Virus record (IMG/VR): IMGVR_UViG_3300003820_000023 | Location: 1-30,910 of that record | Direction: 5' to 3' (one strand) | Length of the DNA stretch: 30,910 bases | Source of the DNA: a virus | Lineage: Duplodnaviria; Caudoviricetes | Part shown: piece by piece, positions 15,361-24,247 of the stretch | Numbering within the stretch: position 1 is the stretch's first letter | Layout of the letters: every line of letters begins with the position of its first letter | Made by a program: the position numbers and the translations under genes | The notes under the pieces: generated by a model | The model's database searches: none | What the model was told of the DNA's origin: nothing | What the model saw: the letters and a program-made list of their open reading frames with translations, nothing else

Positions 15361-16422
15361 ATGAAAAAAATACTCGCATTATTATTAATAAATTTACTTT
15401 TAGTTAAGTATGTTTCTGCGCAAGGGTGTGTAGTTGCACACGGTGCAGGAATGCCTAACTGCACACTTGAAGATGATAATAAGTACTCATACGAGTCTTC
15501 TATATCATATCGATGGTTTGAATCTAACAGAGATTATATAGGTACAAACTATAATCCACTACGCAACATTATAGGTGATCAAATTATCAACCATTCACAT
15601 TTTGTAGATATAAGTTTAAAATGCAATATATTCTTATCATCAACTGTTGATGTCACTGTACCATTTGTTTACCATACACGCTCTCAAGCTGTTAAAAATT
15701 CAAGCGGAGTGGTTATCGGGCGATACACTAATACATCATCTGGCATTGCAGATATCACCATTATAGCTAAGCATTTATTGTTACCGTCTAACCCTAAAGG
15801 TAATATTCAGTTAGGTGTTGGTGTGTCTCTACCTTCTGGAAACGATGCAACACAAGGCACGTTTCAATCTTATAACAATACCACTAAGACAATTACATAT
15901 ACAACGCACGCTAACGACCAATCTATTCAACCTGGTAGTGGTGGGTACGGTATTGTTACAAGCTTTTATGGTTATCGTAAGATAAGCTCTTTTACGTTTT
16001 ATATTGACGGTACATACACTATGACACCTCAAAGTATCAACAATGTACAAACAGCCCGTTCCAACACATATGAACAAGTAATGTCAATACCAGACTCTTA
16101 TCAAGGTAGAGTAGGTGTTGAATATAGCTTACGTAACGTCACTCTAAGTTTAGGAGAGCGTATTGAAGGGGTGCCTGTATATGATTTAGTTGGTTATAGT
16201 AGTGGTTTTCGTCGCCCAGGTTATTCATTAGACTTAGATCCCGGTATTAGGTATAACGGTAAACGTTGGACTACGAGTATATACACACCCATTTCTCAAA
16301 GAGCAAATCGTTTACAAAGCAGAGCAGATAAATTAACTACAGCTTCAACAGGCAAATACACACAAGGAGATGCTTTTTTCGCTCCTTATGAAATTATTAG
16401 TAGTGTGAGTTATAAGTTCTGA
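15361..16422 (+). CDS. Secreted outer-membrane beta-barrel ('transporter' / phenol-MetA-like)
   Basis: Start reassigned to ATG 15361 (GAGGA upstream). Signal peptide MKKILALLLINLLLVKYVSA-QGCV, GIAD, LGVGVSLPSG, SIQPGSGG, GFRRPGY and C-terminal SVSYKF (terminal Phe beta-signal). Confidence 0.75.
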   Translation: MKKILALLLINLLLVKYVSAQGCVVAHGAGMPNCTLEDDNKYSYESSISYRWFESNRDYIGTNYNPLRNIIGDQIINHSHFVDISLKCNIFLSSTVDVTVPFVYHTRSQAVKNSSGVVIGRYTNTSSGIADITIIAKHLLLPSNPKGNIQLGVGVSLPSGNDATQGTFQSYNNTTKTITYTTHANDQSIQPGSGGYGIVTSFYGYRKISSFTFYIDGTYTMTPQSINNVQTARSNTYEQVMSIPDSYQGRVGVEYSLRNVTLSLGERIEGVPVYDLVGYSSGFRRPGYSLDLDPGIRYNGKRWTTSIYTPISQRANRLQSRADKLTTASTGKYTQGDAFFAPYEIISSVSYKF

Positions 16423-17972
16423 TTAGGTGTGATATAAGCTTCTTCTACAGGATTAGGAGTGGGTGTAGGAGCAGCTATTTTACCCCGAGCAATTAACTGA
16501 GCTCTCTGTTCTTCGTGAATTAAATGCTGTCTTAATAGTTCGCCGGTCAACTCGGTTATACGGGTTTTAGTTTTATTAGAAGATGTTTCCCCTGACACGG
16601 TTACCGGTAAGTCGGGTGTAGGTGTACTGGTGGGCGTCACGGTTATTGTTGGTGTTGGTGTAGGTGTAGTAGTAGGGGTAGGAGTAGGTATTGCAACAAA
16701 AGGTGTTTTATTTAATTTTTTTTTATTTATGATATCGTCAATAATATAATTAAAACATAAAATTAAACACACCGCTAAAGGATCAAACACAGACATGATC
16801 ATCCATATAAAGTAATTAACTGTTTTATCTAAGTTTAAACCAAGACTGTTTGCAACAAACTTAAAAGTACCCACGTCAGTGTGTAATATTTGTTCTTTTA
16901 TTTTGTCGTTATCAGCTAATATTTTCTGTATCGTACTCTCATTAACTAATATAGTATTTTTGTTCGTTTTCAGCAATTGTTGTTTTTTATCAAATAAGCT
17001 GCTTATTTCACTATCAGCACTTTTTCTGTACGTTTCTAATTCTTGTCTTGTGGTTATAATTTCTTTTTCTAAAGCAGTTATTGCTTGATCCTTGAACACA
17101 GTTTGACTTGATAATCGTTTTTCAATATCAGCCATACGCTTATTGTAATCTTGAACACGTTGATTATATTCGCTTCTTAAATTAGCTATACGGGCTTGAC
17201 ACTCTTTAATTTGATTATCAATCTCAGCTCTTTCCTTTGATTGTTGTTCTTTTACAGTACGAGCCTTATCTAAACCGCTCTTCTTAAAGAAGCCACCATC
17301 ATCACCTTTTTCAATCCATGTTTGTACTTCTTTATCCAGTATAGATAATCTATCGTTATAAAGTTTTATTTGTGTTAGTTCTTTATTGATATCATTATCA
17401 GTAGCTGATTTTTCCGTGTCTAAAGCTGCTTTAGCAGCTAATATATCATCTGAAGATTTCTTATCTTCTGTATTAGTTGCACGAAGCTCTTTAAGCTTAG
17501 ATTCTTTATTACCTATATCTTGTAACTGTTGTTTAATGTAGTTTGCTTTATTAGCTTGGGCCTCTTCTATATCATTTTGATTAAGTTTATCATTAGCAAG
17601 CTTTATATCTTCTAATTTTAACTCTTCTATTTTTTTAAAATTGTCGGTTATTTGTTGCTCATACCCTTGCACTTTTACTTTAGTAGCATTATAACCATTA
17701 CTCAAGTAACCGTAGATGCCTATAGAAGTTATAGCCATTAATACAAGAGCGGCTATCATAAGATAGGTTTTTAACGCTAAACCGATCTTACTCCAATAAT
17801 GATGTAAAAAGCTGACTACAATAACTTTACCGACCTCTAAAGCTGCACCCATAATAATAATTGAGAGGCCAGCTCCAACGAAGAGCAGTGTTAATCCAAC
17901 TATACTAAAATACGCTGCACACCCGGCTATTGCTAATGCGGATAACAGTAAAAAAATTGCTAAAAAATACAT
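16410..17972 (-). CDS. Membrane protein with long coiled coil and C-terminal Pro/Thr tail
   Basis: Three N-terminal TM helices, about 270-aa K/E/Q-rich coiled coil, TM ending VFDPLAVCL and PTPTPT repeats. Confidence 0.8.
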   Translation of the reverse strand: MYFLAIFLLLSALAIAGCAAYFSIVGLTLLFVGAGLSIIIMGAALEVGKVIVVSFLHHYWSKIGLALKTYLMIAALVLMAITSIGIYGYLSNGYNATKVKVQGYEQQITDNFKKIEELKLEDIKLANDKLNQNDIEEAQANKANYIKQQLQDIGNKESKLKELRATNTEDKKSSDDILAAKAALDTEKSATDNDINKELTQIKLYNDRLSILDKEVQTWIEKGDDGGFFKKSGLDKARTVKEQQSKERAEIDNQIKECQARIANLRSEYNQRVQDYNKRMADIEKRLSSQTVFKDQAITALEKEIITTRQELETYRKSADSEISSLFDKKQQLLKTNKNTILVNESTIQKILADNDKIKEQILHTDVGTFKFVANSLGLNLDKTVNYFIWMIMSVFDPLAVCLILCFNYIIDDIINKKKLNKTPFVAIPTPTPTTTPTPTPTITVTPTSTPTPDLPVTVSGETSSNKTKTRITELTGELLRQHLIHEEQRAQLIARGKIAAPTPTPNPVEEAYITPNQNL

Positions 17973-18022
17973 TAGATATATTTACTTTTTACTTAAGGTT
18001 TACCTTAAGTTATTGCACAAGC

Positions 18023-18050
18023 TTGATTTATTAAGATACCTATATAAAAT
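18023..18050 (+). promoter_or_regulatory. Putative promoter TTGATT-16-TAAAAT
   Basis: Hexamers at 18023-18028 and 18045-18050, pointing into the 18069-18123 hairpin. Confidence 0.5.
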
Positions 18051-18068
18051 ATTATAGTCAGTGGAAAC

Positions 18069-18123
18069 CGCGTACCCGGAAGTGTATAGGGGTGTTTTAG
18101 AGGTGTGACTTCCCGGGTACGCG
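18069..18123. repeat. GC-rich 15-bp inverted repeat with a 24-nt loop holding a tandem TAGRGGTGT; candidate small RNA or terminator
   Basis: cgcgtacccggaagt (18069-18083) / acttcccgggtacgcg (18108-18123; one bulged C), followed by tctttatttatt. Confidence 0.75.
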
Positions 18124-18163
18124 TCTTTATTTATTAATTCTTAGATGATTATTATAAGTATTA

Positions 18164-18652
18164 GTGGTGAAACGATTTAACGAACATTTTAACACTCTTG
18201 AAGAAATCCATTGCTGGAAGGGGTACCGTAAGGTTGGTACTAAGCTTAAAAACGGTAAACGTGTTAATAACTGTGTTAAAGTTGAAAACACAGAAGATGA
18301 AAGCTTTACGTCTATTATACAAGATTTCGTAGAATATACAATCAATAAATTAAAACTTAAAGAGGTTCCTGAAATACTTCTTAACAAAGATAAAGACTTT
18401 GTATTACAGTTAAGAGCTATGGGTGGTTATATGCCCGATCATCACAAGATTTGGGTATATATTGGTAACCGAAACACTGCTGATATTATTCGTACGCTTG
18501 GTCACGAGCTGGTACATGCTAAGCAAAGAGAACTATCTGGTGGTAAGCCATTAAATGGTGAAACAGGATCTAAGCATGAAAATGAAGCGAATTCTTTAGC
18601 GGGGGTACTTTTAAGAAAATACGGTCATCAGAATCCAAACATATACAATTAA
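18164..18652 (+). CDS. HExxH zincin-like protein with N-terminal CWxGY module; probable internal virion protein
   Basis: GTG start (18164 or 18167). CWKGYRKVGTKLKNGKRVNNCVK module and RTLGHELVHAKQ...ENEANSLAG. Confidence 0.75.
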   Translation: MVKRFNEHFNTLEEIHCWKGYRKVGTKLKNGKRVNNCVKVENTEDESFTSIIQDFVEYTINKLKLKEVPEILLNKDKDFVLQLRAMGGYMPDHHKIWVYIGNRNTADIIRTLGHELVHAKQRELSGGKPLNGETGSKHENEANSLAGVLLRKYGHQNPNIYN

Positions 18653-18687
18653 CGTTGAGTAACTAAAATTTCAAGTTAAATAACATT

Positions 18688-19350
18688 ATGGAAAAACCTG
18701 AAGATTTTATAAGAATTTATCTGAATGTACTCAGTGATGAATTATGTGATGATATTATAAAAGCGTTTGAAGAAGTAACTTCAAACGCAAATCTATCAAA
18801 ATACACTCAGGTTACCGATGCCCCAGAGGTGAGAATTGATCATGCATTAGAACTTTCTGAACCACTATTTAATAAAAAAGATCTTTGTATAAAAATAGAT
18901 AAAGAACTACAAAAATATTTTACTATATATTGCGATGAGTTTGAGCTTTACGCACCTTCTACCAAGGTACCTGATCCTGCATTTACACACTTAAATATGT
19001 TTAAAGTACAACGCACACCCCCGGGGGGTGGTTTTACTTGGTGGCATTACGAGCAAATGGATACGCAGCGAGTAATGTACTTTACGAGAGAGGTAACGTG
19101 GATGATCTATCTTAATGATATGCCTTTAAATGATGCAGAGACCGAGTATTATTATTTCAATAAGAAAATAAAACCCACTAAAGGTTCTCTTGTTTTATGG
19201 CCAGCAGGCTGGACACATCTACATAGAGGCAATACAGTTACAACACAGAACACTAAATACATAGTAACAGGGTGGTACAGTAAGATATTCCCTTCGATGT
19301 ATAACAATATACCTAAATCCATGCACTGGAGATTGCAAAAGCTTCAGTAA
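18688..19350 (+). CDS. 2OG-Fe(II) oxygenase (phage 2OG-FeII_Oxy_3-like)
   Basis: KVQRTPPGGGFTWWHYE (HxE), WMIYLND, ETEY, GSLVLWPAGWTHLHRGN and KYIVTGW. Confidence 0.88.
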   Translation: MEKPEDFIRIYLNVLSDELCDDIIKAFEEVTSNANLSKYTQVTDAPEVRIDHALELSEPLFNKKDLCIKIDKELQKYFTIYCDEFELYAPSTKVPDPAFTHLNMFKVQRTPPGGGFTWWHYEQMDTQRVMYFTREVTWMIYLNDMPLNDAETEYYYFNKKIKPTKGSLVLWPAGWTHLHRGNTVTTQNTKYIVTGWYSKIFPSMYNNIPKSMHWRLQKLQ

Positions 19351-19366
19351 AACAATAAGTATTGTT

Positions 19367-20302
19367 ATGCCATGGAACTTTCGTAAAGTAGGTAATAAGA
19401 CCTGTGCTTATAATAAAGCTACCGGTAAGAAAAAAGGTTGCACAACAGGTAGTGCCAAAGCATATAAAGCTGCACTATATGCTAATGCTTTAGAAGAAAA
19501 GAAAACACCTCAGAAGATTACTCAAAAAGATGTAATGTCTGGTATTCGTAAATCAATGCCACCACCTACTACCTCTTTTAAGGATAAGAAAAAGTACAAT
19601 AGAAAGAATTTTAAAAATTTTAAAGACTATTATGAGAGTATGATTAATACGCCTTATGCACCAAACATGCCTGGCATGAATGGTGATCAAACTGGTGTAG
19701 AGGAAGCTGAATACGTCGATGGGCAAGATGAAACTCAGTCAACCGGGCCGATGGATGAATCCACGAATAAGAGGCAGATTATTCATGATATATTAAGTGA
19801 TTTAGAAGATTTAGAATCTAATCACAATTGGAGTAAGCCGTTAGATAGTGATTTAATTAAGGCAATGGCTCAGTCACTTAGAGATGCTGGTGTGGAGCCG
19901 ACAGACTTTGATGCTGCTGTTAATGCAACACCAGAAGCTCAAAAACAATATTTAATCACTGGACCAAGTTCTTGGAAAGGTGGTAACGGGGCAATGAAAG
20001 ATTTAAAAGCTATTTTAGATGGCACTATGTCACCAGATGATGAAATAAAAGAAGATGAATCTAACCCTGCTCCTGATTTGCCATTTGGTACGACATCAAT
20101 GGGAGACCCTCTAACGCAAGAAAACTTCATTGACCATAAAGGTCCAGGTAAACCTGGTGATAGCAAACGTCATGGTATTAAAAAGCATACTTCTTTAGCA
20201 GCGTTAGACAAAATAGTACATTCTAAAACAGCAAGCCCGCGTAAAAAACAATTAGCTCATTGGCAAGCTAACATGCGTAGAGGTAAAGCTAAGAGTGGAT
20301 AA
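19367..20302 (+). CDS. Hypothetical modular protein, probable internal head protein
   Basis: Alternating basic and acidic modules separated by Glu junctions (LEE, FKDYYES, DES, QEN). C-terminal GPGKPG...LAHWQANMRRGK. Confidence 0.7.
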   Translation: MPWNFRKVGNKTCAYNKATGKKKGCTTGSAKAYKAALYANALEEKKTPQKITQKDVMSGIRKSMPPPTTSFKDKKKYNRKNFKNFKDYYESMINTPYAPNMPGMNGDQTGVEEAEYVDGQDETQSTGPMDESTNKRQIIHDILSDLEDLESNHNWSKPLDSDLIKAMAQSLRDAGVEPTDFDAAVNATPEAQKQYLITGPSSWKGGNGAMKDLKAILDGTMSPDDEIKEDESNPAPDLPFGTTSMGDPLTQENFIDHKGPGKPGDSKRHGIKKHTSLAALDKIVHSKTASPRKKQLAHWQANMRRGKAKSG

Positions 20303-20331
20303 TATAAGATTTTATAGTAAAATATCAGTAT

Positions 20332-21096
20332 ATGAAGAAAATACTGATCATGGGTCTTCCTGGTGCAGGTAAAACAACTCTTGCTTTAGAATTAGCAAAG
20401 TTATTAAACGCAGTTCATTTCAATGCGGATGAAATTCGTAAAGAAATTAATAAAGATTTAAAGTTTAGTCCAGAAGACAGACTTGAACAGGCCCGTAGAA
20501 TGGGTGTATTATGCGATATCTCAACTCGTAATAGTCAATATGCTATAGCAGATTTTGTATGTCCTACAGAAGAAACACGTAAGGCATTTGGTGAGGCATT
20601 TACGGTTTGGGTTAATAGAACACCAATAAGAGATTTTGCTGATACAACTAAAATGTTCGTACCGCCGACCGATGTAGATGTAGTGGTTACCGATGAAGGC
20701 TCACCTTTATTCTGGGCTACTAAAATTAAAAATATGCTTATTCCGGTGTTTAATAGTAAAGCGCCTACAGCATTTATGTTAGGTCGTTATCAACCGTTTC
20801 ATGATGGTCACAAAAAACTTATTATTGAGGGTATTAATCGTACCGGGCAGGTATGCATTGCTATTAGAGATACACAAGGTACTGATGCAAAGAACCCATT
20901 CAATTTAGATGAAGTAGAAGCTAATATTCGTAAAGGTTTAGCTGATTATGAAGGTAAATTTACAATTATACGTGTACCGAACATAACTAACATTTTCTAC
21001 GGAAGAGATGTAGGATATAAAATCGAACAAATCACACTTGATGAAGCAACGCAAAATATTTCTGCCACAAAAGTACGCGCCCAGCTCGGAATCTGA
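20332..21096 (+). CDS. cysC: Adenylyl-sulfate (APS) kinase-like domain fused to an HIGH-type nucleotidyltransferase domain
   Basis: P-loop GLPGAGKTT, NADEIR, DLKFSPEDRLEQARR, ADFVCP and FVPP. C-terminal LGRYQPFHDGH (HxGH), KNPF and ISATKVR. Confidence 0.8.
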   Translation: MKKILIMGLPGAGKTTLALELAKLLNAVHFNADEIRKEINKDLKFSPEDRLEQARRMGVLCDISTRNSQYAIADFVCPTEETRKAFGEAFTVWVNRTPIRDFADTTKMFVPPTDVDVVVTDEGSPLFWATKIKNMLIPVFNSKAPTAFMLGRYQPFHDGHKKLIIEGINRTGQVCIAIRDTQGTDAKNPFNLDEVEANIRKGLADYEGKFTIIRVPNITNIFYGRDVGYKIEQITLDEATQNISATKVRAQLGI

Positions 21097-21172
21097 TATT
21101 AACTGGATCTTAGCTATATTAGCCTTTATAGCTGATGTAGCTTTAATTGTAAACATTATACGTCATTGGTAA
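21041..21172 (+). CDS. Small membrane peptide (43 aa; absent from the ORF track)
   Basis: MKQRKIFLPQKYAPSSESDINWILAILAFIADVALIVNIIRHW*. Single TM, fills the gap and stops 1 nt before the next ATG; start uncertain. Confidence 0.55.
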   Translation: MKQRKIFLPQKYAPSSESDINWILAILAFIADVALIVNIIRHW

Positions 21173-21173
21173 T

Positions 21174-21881
21174 ATGAAGGTAGCTATAGTAATGCCTTAT
21201 TATAACGAGAAAGAACTGTTATATAAGGCTATTAAAGGCATACTTAAACAGACGTATCAAGATTGGCACTTATTTTTAATAGATGACGGTTCATCATATT
21301 ATAATAGAGCGTCTCTTGTATTAGATCTTTTAGGTGTTGACACTCGTAAAATTACTACTGTTTATAAGTCTAACGGTGGTGTTAGTACTGCTCGTAATAC
21401 TGCATTAAATCTTATTAGAAATTGTAACCCATACAAATATGTTGCATATTGTGACGGAGATGATATGTGGGATGAAACATATCTCGAGGAACAAGTAGAT
21501 GCTCTCACTCAAGGCCCTGATTTAGTTTATTCAGATGTAAGACATAAGTTTGTGGATGGAAACGTTGCTGTACCATATGGTATAGCAAATTACCCTGAAT
21601 ACCCGGGTCTGGAGACATTAATTAAAGGTAACTTTATATTTGTATCGGGTGTGGTGCATAAGTGTGTATGTCTAAGTGTAGGAGAGTTTGATAATGAGGT
21701 GAACGGTATAGAAGATTGGGATTTCTGGTGCAGAATAGCAGAAGCAGGCTATAAGTTCTCAAAAAACTCAAAAGCTTGCTTCACATATACAGTTAAACCT
21801 AACGGTAATGGTTCTAAAGGTAATAAGGAAGTTTACGATAAATTTTACCTTAAACGTGGTAAGTATATGGTAAATGCGTAA
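21174..21881 (+). CDS. Glycosyltransferase family 2
   Basis: VAIVMPYYN, QTYQDWHLFLIDDGS, NGGVSTARN, YVAYCDGDD and EDWDFW. Confidence 0.9.
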   Translation: MKVAIVMPYYNEKELLYKAIKGILKQTYQDWHLFLIDDGSSYYNRASLVLDLLGVDTRKITTVYKSNGGVSTARNTALNLIRNCNPYKYVAYCDGDDMWDETYLEEQVDALTQGPDLVYSDVRHKFVDGNVAVPYGIANYPEYPGLETLIKGNFIFVSGVVHKCVCLSVGEFDNEVNGIEDWDFWCRIAEAGYKFSKNSKACFTYTVKPNGNGSKGNKEVYDKFYLKRGKYMVNA

Positions 21882-22260
21882 TGCTTATAAAGTTTTAGCT
21901 GAAAAGTATAGTACTCTCACAGAAGAAAGGGTTGTACGTCAAATTCCTTTTGCAGATGATGAGCTAAAAGTTCTTAAAGCATTATACGATTTTAAAGAAG
22001 TAGAAGGTAACCCTGCTGAATTAAATAGAATAGTAGCTGCAGGTGAATTAGAAACAATAGTTAAGTATAGTGATAACACATTTGTACGAATGACAGATGA
22101 GGCTCGTGGTATAATAAAACACGAATACAAAAACTTTTTTGAGCTAACTAAAATGTTGTCTCGAATTTATAAACCCAATAGCGAGCTTAATACAAAACAA
22201 ATCCCCAAGGGCAAATCTATGCCGATGGGGACTGATTTAACACCTGGCGGTCAACAATAA
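21874..22260 (+). CDS. Hypothetical protein, possible internal head protein
   Basis: 128-aa ORF with N-terminal LAEKY..LTEE leader and TAAGTA upstream. Confidence 0.7.
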   Translation: MRNAYKVLAEKYSTLTEERVVRQIPFADDELKVLKALYDFKEVEGNPAELNRIVAAGELETIVKYSDNTFVRMTDEARGIIKHEYKNFFELTKMLSRIYKPNSELNTKQIPKGKSMPMGTDLTPGGQQ

Positions 22261-22261
22261 C

Positions 22262-22366
22262 CTACTTAGGGGTTGTTAAGATAATAAGCAAACCTATAGC
22301 TACTATAGCTAACATACCGAAGATAAGAATTAGCTCGGCGGTAGGTATTGAAACCGTTAATAACAT
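22262..22366 (-). CDS. Small membrane peptide (34 aa; absent from the ORF track)
   Basis: MLLTVSIPTAELILIFGMLAIVAIGLLIILTTPK*. Starts 2 nt after the stop of 22369-22857 and fills the gap. Confidence 0.55.
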   Translation of the reverse strand: MLLTVSIPTAELILIFGMLAIVAIGLLIILTTPK

Positions 22367-22368
22367 TA

Positions 22369-22857
22369 TTAACGGTGCCAATGATGACGGTACATATCTT
22401 CACGGAATACATAACCGTAATGATGATGGTACCATCCTAAGAATGTTCTATATTCATAATAGGTTGTTACCCACTGTACACCATTCCATTCCTGTACGAA
22501 TACGTATTGAGGGTGACCCCAACGATCTAATGGTCCCCAAACATACTGTATCGTAACAGGTGCTGGAGGAGGTGGGGGTGCCTGCACAACTACTTGAACA
22601 GGAGCTGGAGGAGGAGGTGGCGGAGCTTGTACAACGATTACTTTAGGCTGGTCATTTGCATGATCAGCTGCATTGCCAATCATTCCACCAATTAAAGCAC
22701 CTGCTACGGCGCCACCGACGACGTTGTGGTGATATTGATTACCAATTACACCACCAACTACAGCACCGGCTGCAACGCCTTCTGCTGTGTGTTCTTGAGC
22801 TTTAACTGATACAGTTAGAGCTAATGCTATTAAGATTATTACTAATTTGTTTTTCAT
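22369..22857 (-). CDS. Secreted glycine-zipper (2TM) protein with Pro-rich repeats
   Basis: Signal peptide, GVAAGAVVGGVIGNQ...GGAVAGALIGGMIG, two copies of VVQAPPPPP(P)APV and a His/aromatic tail. Confidence 0.8.
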   Translation of the reverse strand: MKNKLVIILIALALTVSVKAQEHTAEGVAAGAVVGGVIGNQYHHNVVGGAVAGALIGGMIGNAADHANDQPKVIVVQAPPPPPPAPVQVVVQAPPPPPAPVTIQYVWGPLDRWGHPQYVFVQEWNGVQWVTTYYEYRTFLGWYHHHYGYVFREDMYRHHWHR

Positions 22858-22888
22858 AGTTTAAGTTCTGTAAAAATATTTACAAAAT

Positions 22889-22916
22889 ATTATAGATACC
22901 ATCTTTTAAAAATCAA
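22889..22916 (-). promoter_or_regulatory. Putative promoter TTGATT-16-TATAAT for the glycine-zipper gene
   Basis: Minus-strand -35 at 22916-22911 and perfect -10 at 22894-22889. Confidence 0.6.
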
Positions 22917-22957
22917 TACCCGGGTAAGTATATTTTTATTTAATATATCCACCTGCC

Positions 22958-24028
22958 ATGACCAAGATTCTCTTCATACTCAAGCGCCGCGAAGATTATA
23001 GTGCCACGTTACACTCACATTTAGGGTTAAGCACCGGGCTTTTTAACTCAGCAAGTTTCATGCGAGACATGCTCAATAAATCTCTTACGAAGTCTAAGTT
23101 AGTAGTAGTAACTGATAATAACGATATAGATAGAGAAGTTACTGCATACAAACCTACGCACGTTGTTATTGAAGCTTTGTGGGTAGTACCTTCGAAATTT
23201 ATTGTTTTACAAAAACTACACCCCAACGTAAAGTGGATTATACGTTTACATAGCGAGATGCCTTTTATGGCTGGGGAGGGTATGGCAATGGACTGGGTAG
23301 GAGACTACTCTACGTTTAAAAATGTTATTGTAGCGTGTAACGCACCAAGAATGCTTGAAGAAGTAAGGTTATTTTTACATATAAAAAATGGCTGGACTAA
23401 AAAAACTACATGCGAAAGAGTTATATATCTACCCAATTACTACCCTCAGTTCTATAGACCGTTTATCGGGTTTAATAAAGACAAAGATACAATTGATGTG
23501 GGATGTTTTGGGGCTATACGCTTATTAAAGAATCATTTATTACAAGCATATGGTGCATTAGAATTTGCAGATAAAATCGGAAAAAAGCTACGCTTTCACA
23601 TTAATGCGGGTAGAATAGAAATGAAAGGAGAACCCACTTTGAATAATTTGAAAGGTTTATTTCAACACCTACAACCTAAAGGTCATGAATTGGTTAACCA
23701 TATGTGGACACCAAGAGAACAATTCCTTCAATTATGTAGTCAAATGGATATAGGTTTGCAAGTAAGCTTTTCTGAAACATTTAATATAGTTAGTGCTGAC
23801 TATATTTCGCAAGGTATACCGGTGGTTGGTAGTAAAGAGGTTCCATGGCTTACAAGTGATTGGTTTTTTGAGCACGAATTCCGCGCCGACCCTACAAGTA
23901 GTAAAGACATTGCCAACAAGATGCTTTATACGTATAAGAATCCGGAAAAAAACGTAAAGCAGGGACAAAAAAGTTTAACGAAATATACTAATAAAACAGA
24001 GCAAATTTGGTGTAAATATTTTAATTAA
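22958..24028 (+). CDS. Putative GT-B (GT4-like) glycosyltransferase
   Basis: IIRLHSE, VGCFGAIRLLKNH and MDIGLQVSFSETFNIVSAD...GIPVVGS (ExF-x5-D/E motif). Confidence 0.75.
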   Translation: MTKILFILKRREDYSATLHSHLGLSTGLFNSASFMRDMLNKSLTKSKLVVVTDNNDIDREVTAYKPTHVVIEALWVVPSKFIVLQKLHPNVKWIIRLHSEMPFMAGEGMAMDWVGDYSTFKNVIVACNAPRMLEEVRLFLHIKNGWTKKTTCERVIYLPNYYPQFYRPFIGFNKDKDTIDVGCFGAIRLLKNHLLQAYGALEFADKIGKKLRFHINAGRIEMKGEPTLNNLKGLFQHLQPKGHELVNHMWTPREQFLQLCSQMDIGLQVSFSETFNIVSADYISQGIPVVGSKEVPWLTSDWFFEHEFRADPTSSKDIANKMLYTYKNPEKNVKQGQKSLTKYTNKTEQIWCKYFN

Positions 24029-24029
24029 T

Positions 24030-24245
24030 ATGCACCACCACAAATCACACACCGTAACAAAACACAGATGGGTAGATGGAGTTTTACATACTACTGAGCA
24101 CGTATTTGAATCTTTAGAGAGCGCCATGAATTGGTGCAATAGCAAGAAAAACCACAAAGGTGCAGATACTTTAAAAGTAATTACACCCGATGGGGAAGTT
24201 GCTCATGCAGTTAATATTAATACTTCTACAGATACATACGCTTAA
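24030..24245 (+). CDS. Hypothetical His-rich protein (71 aa)
   Basis: ATG immediately after the upstream stop. Confidence 0.65.
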   Translation: MHHHKSHTVTKHRWVDGVLHTTEHVFESLESAMNWCNSKKNHKGADTLKVITPDGEVAHAVNINTSTDTYA

Positions 24246-24247
24246 GC

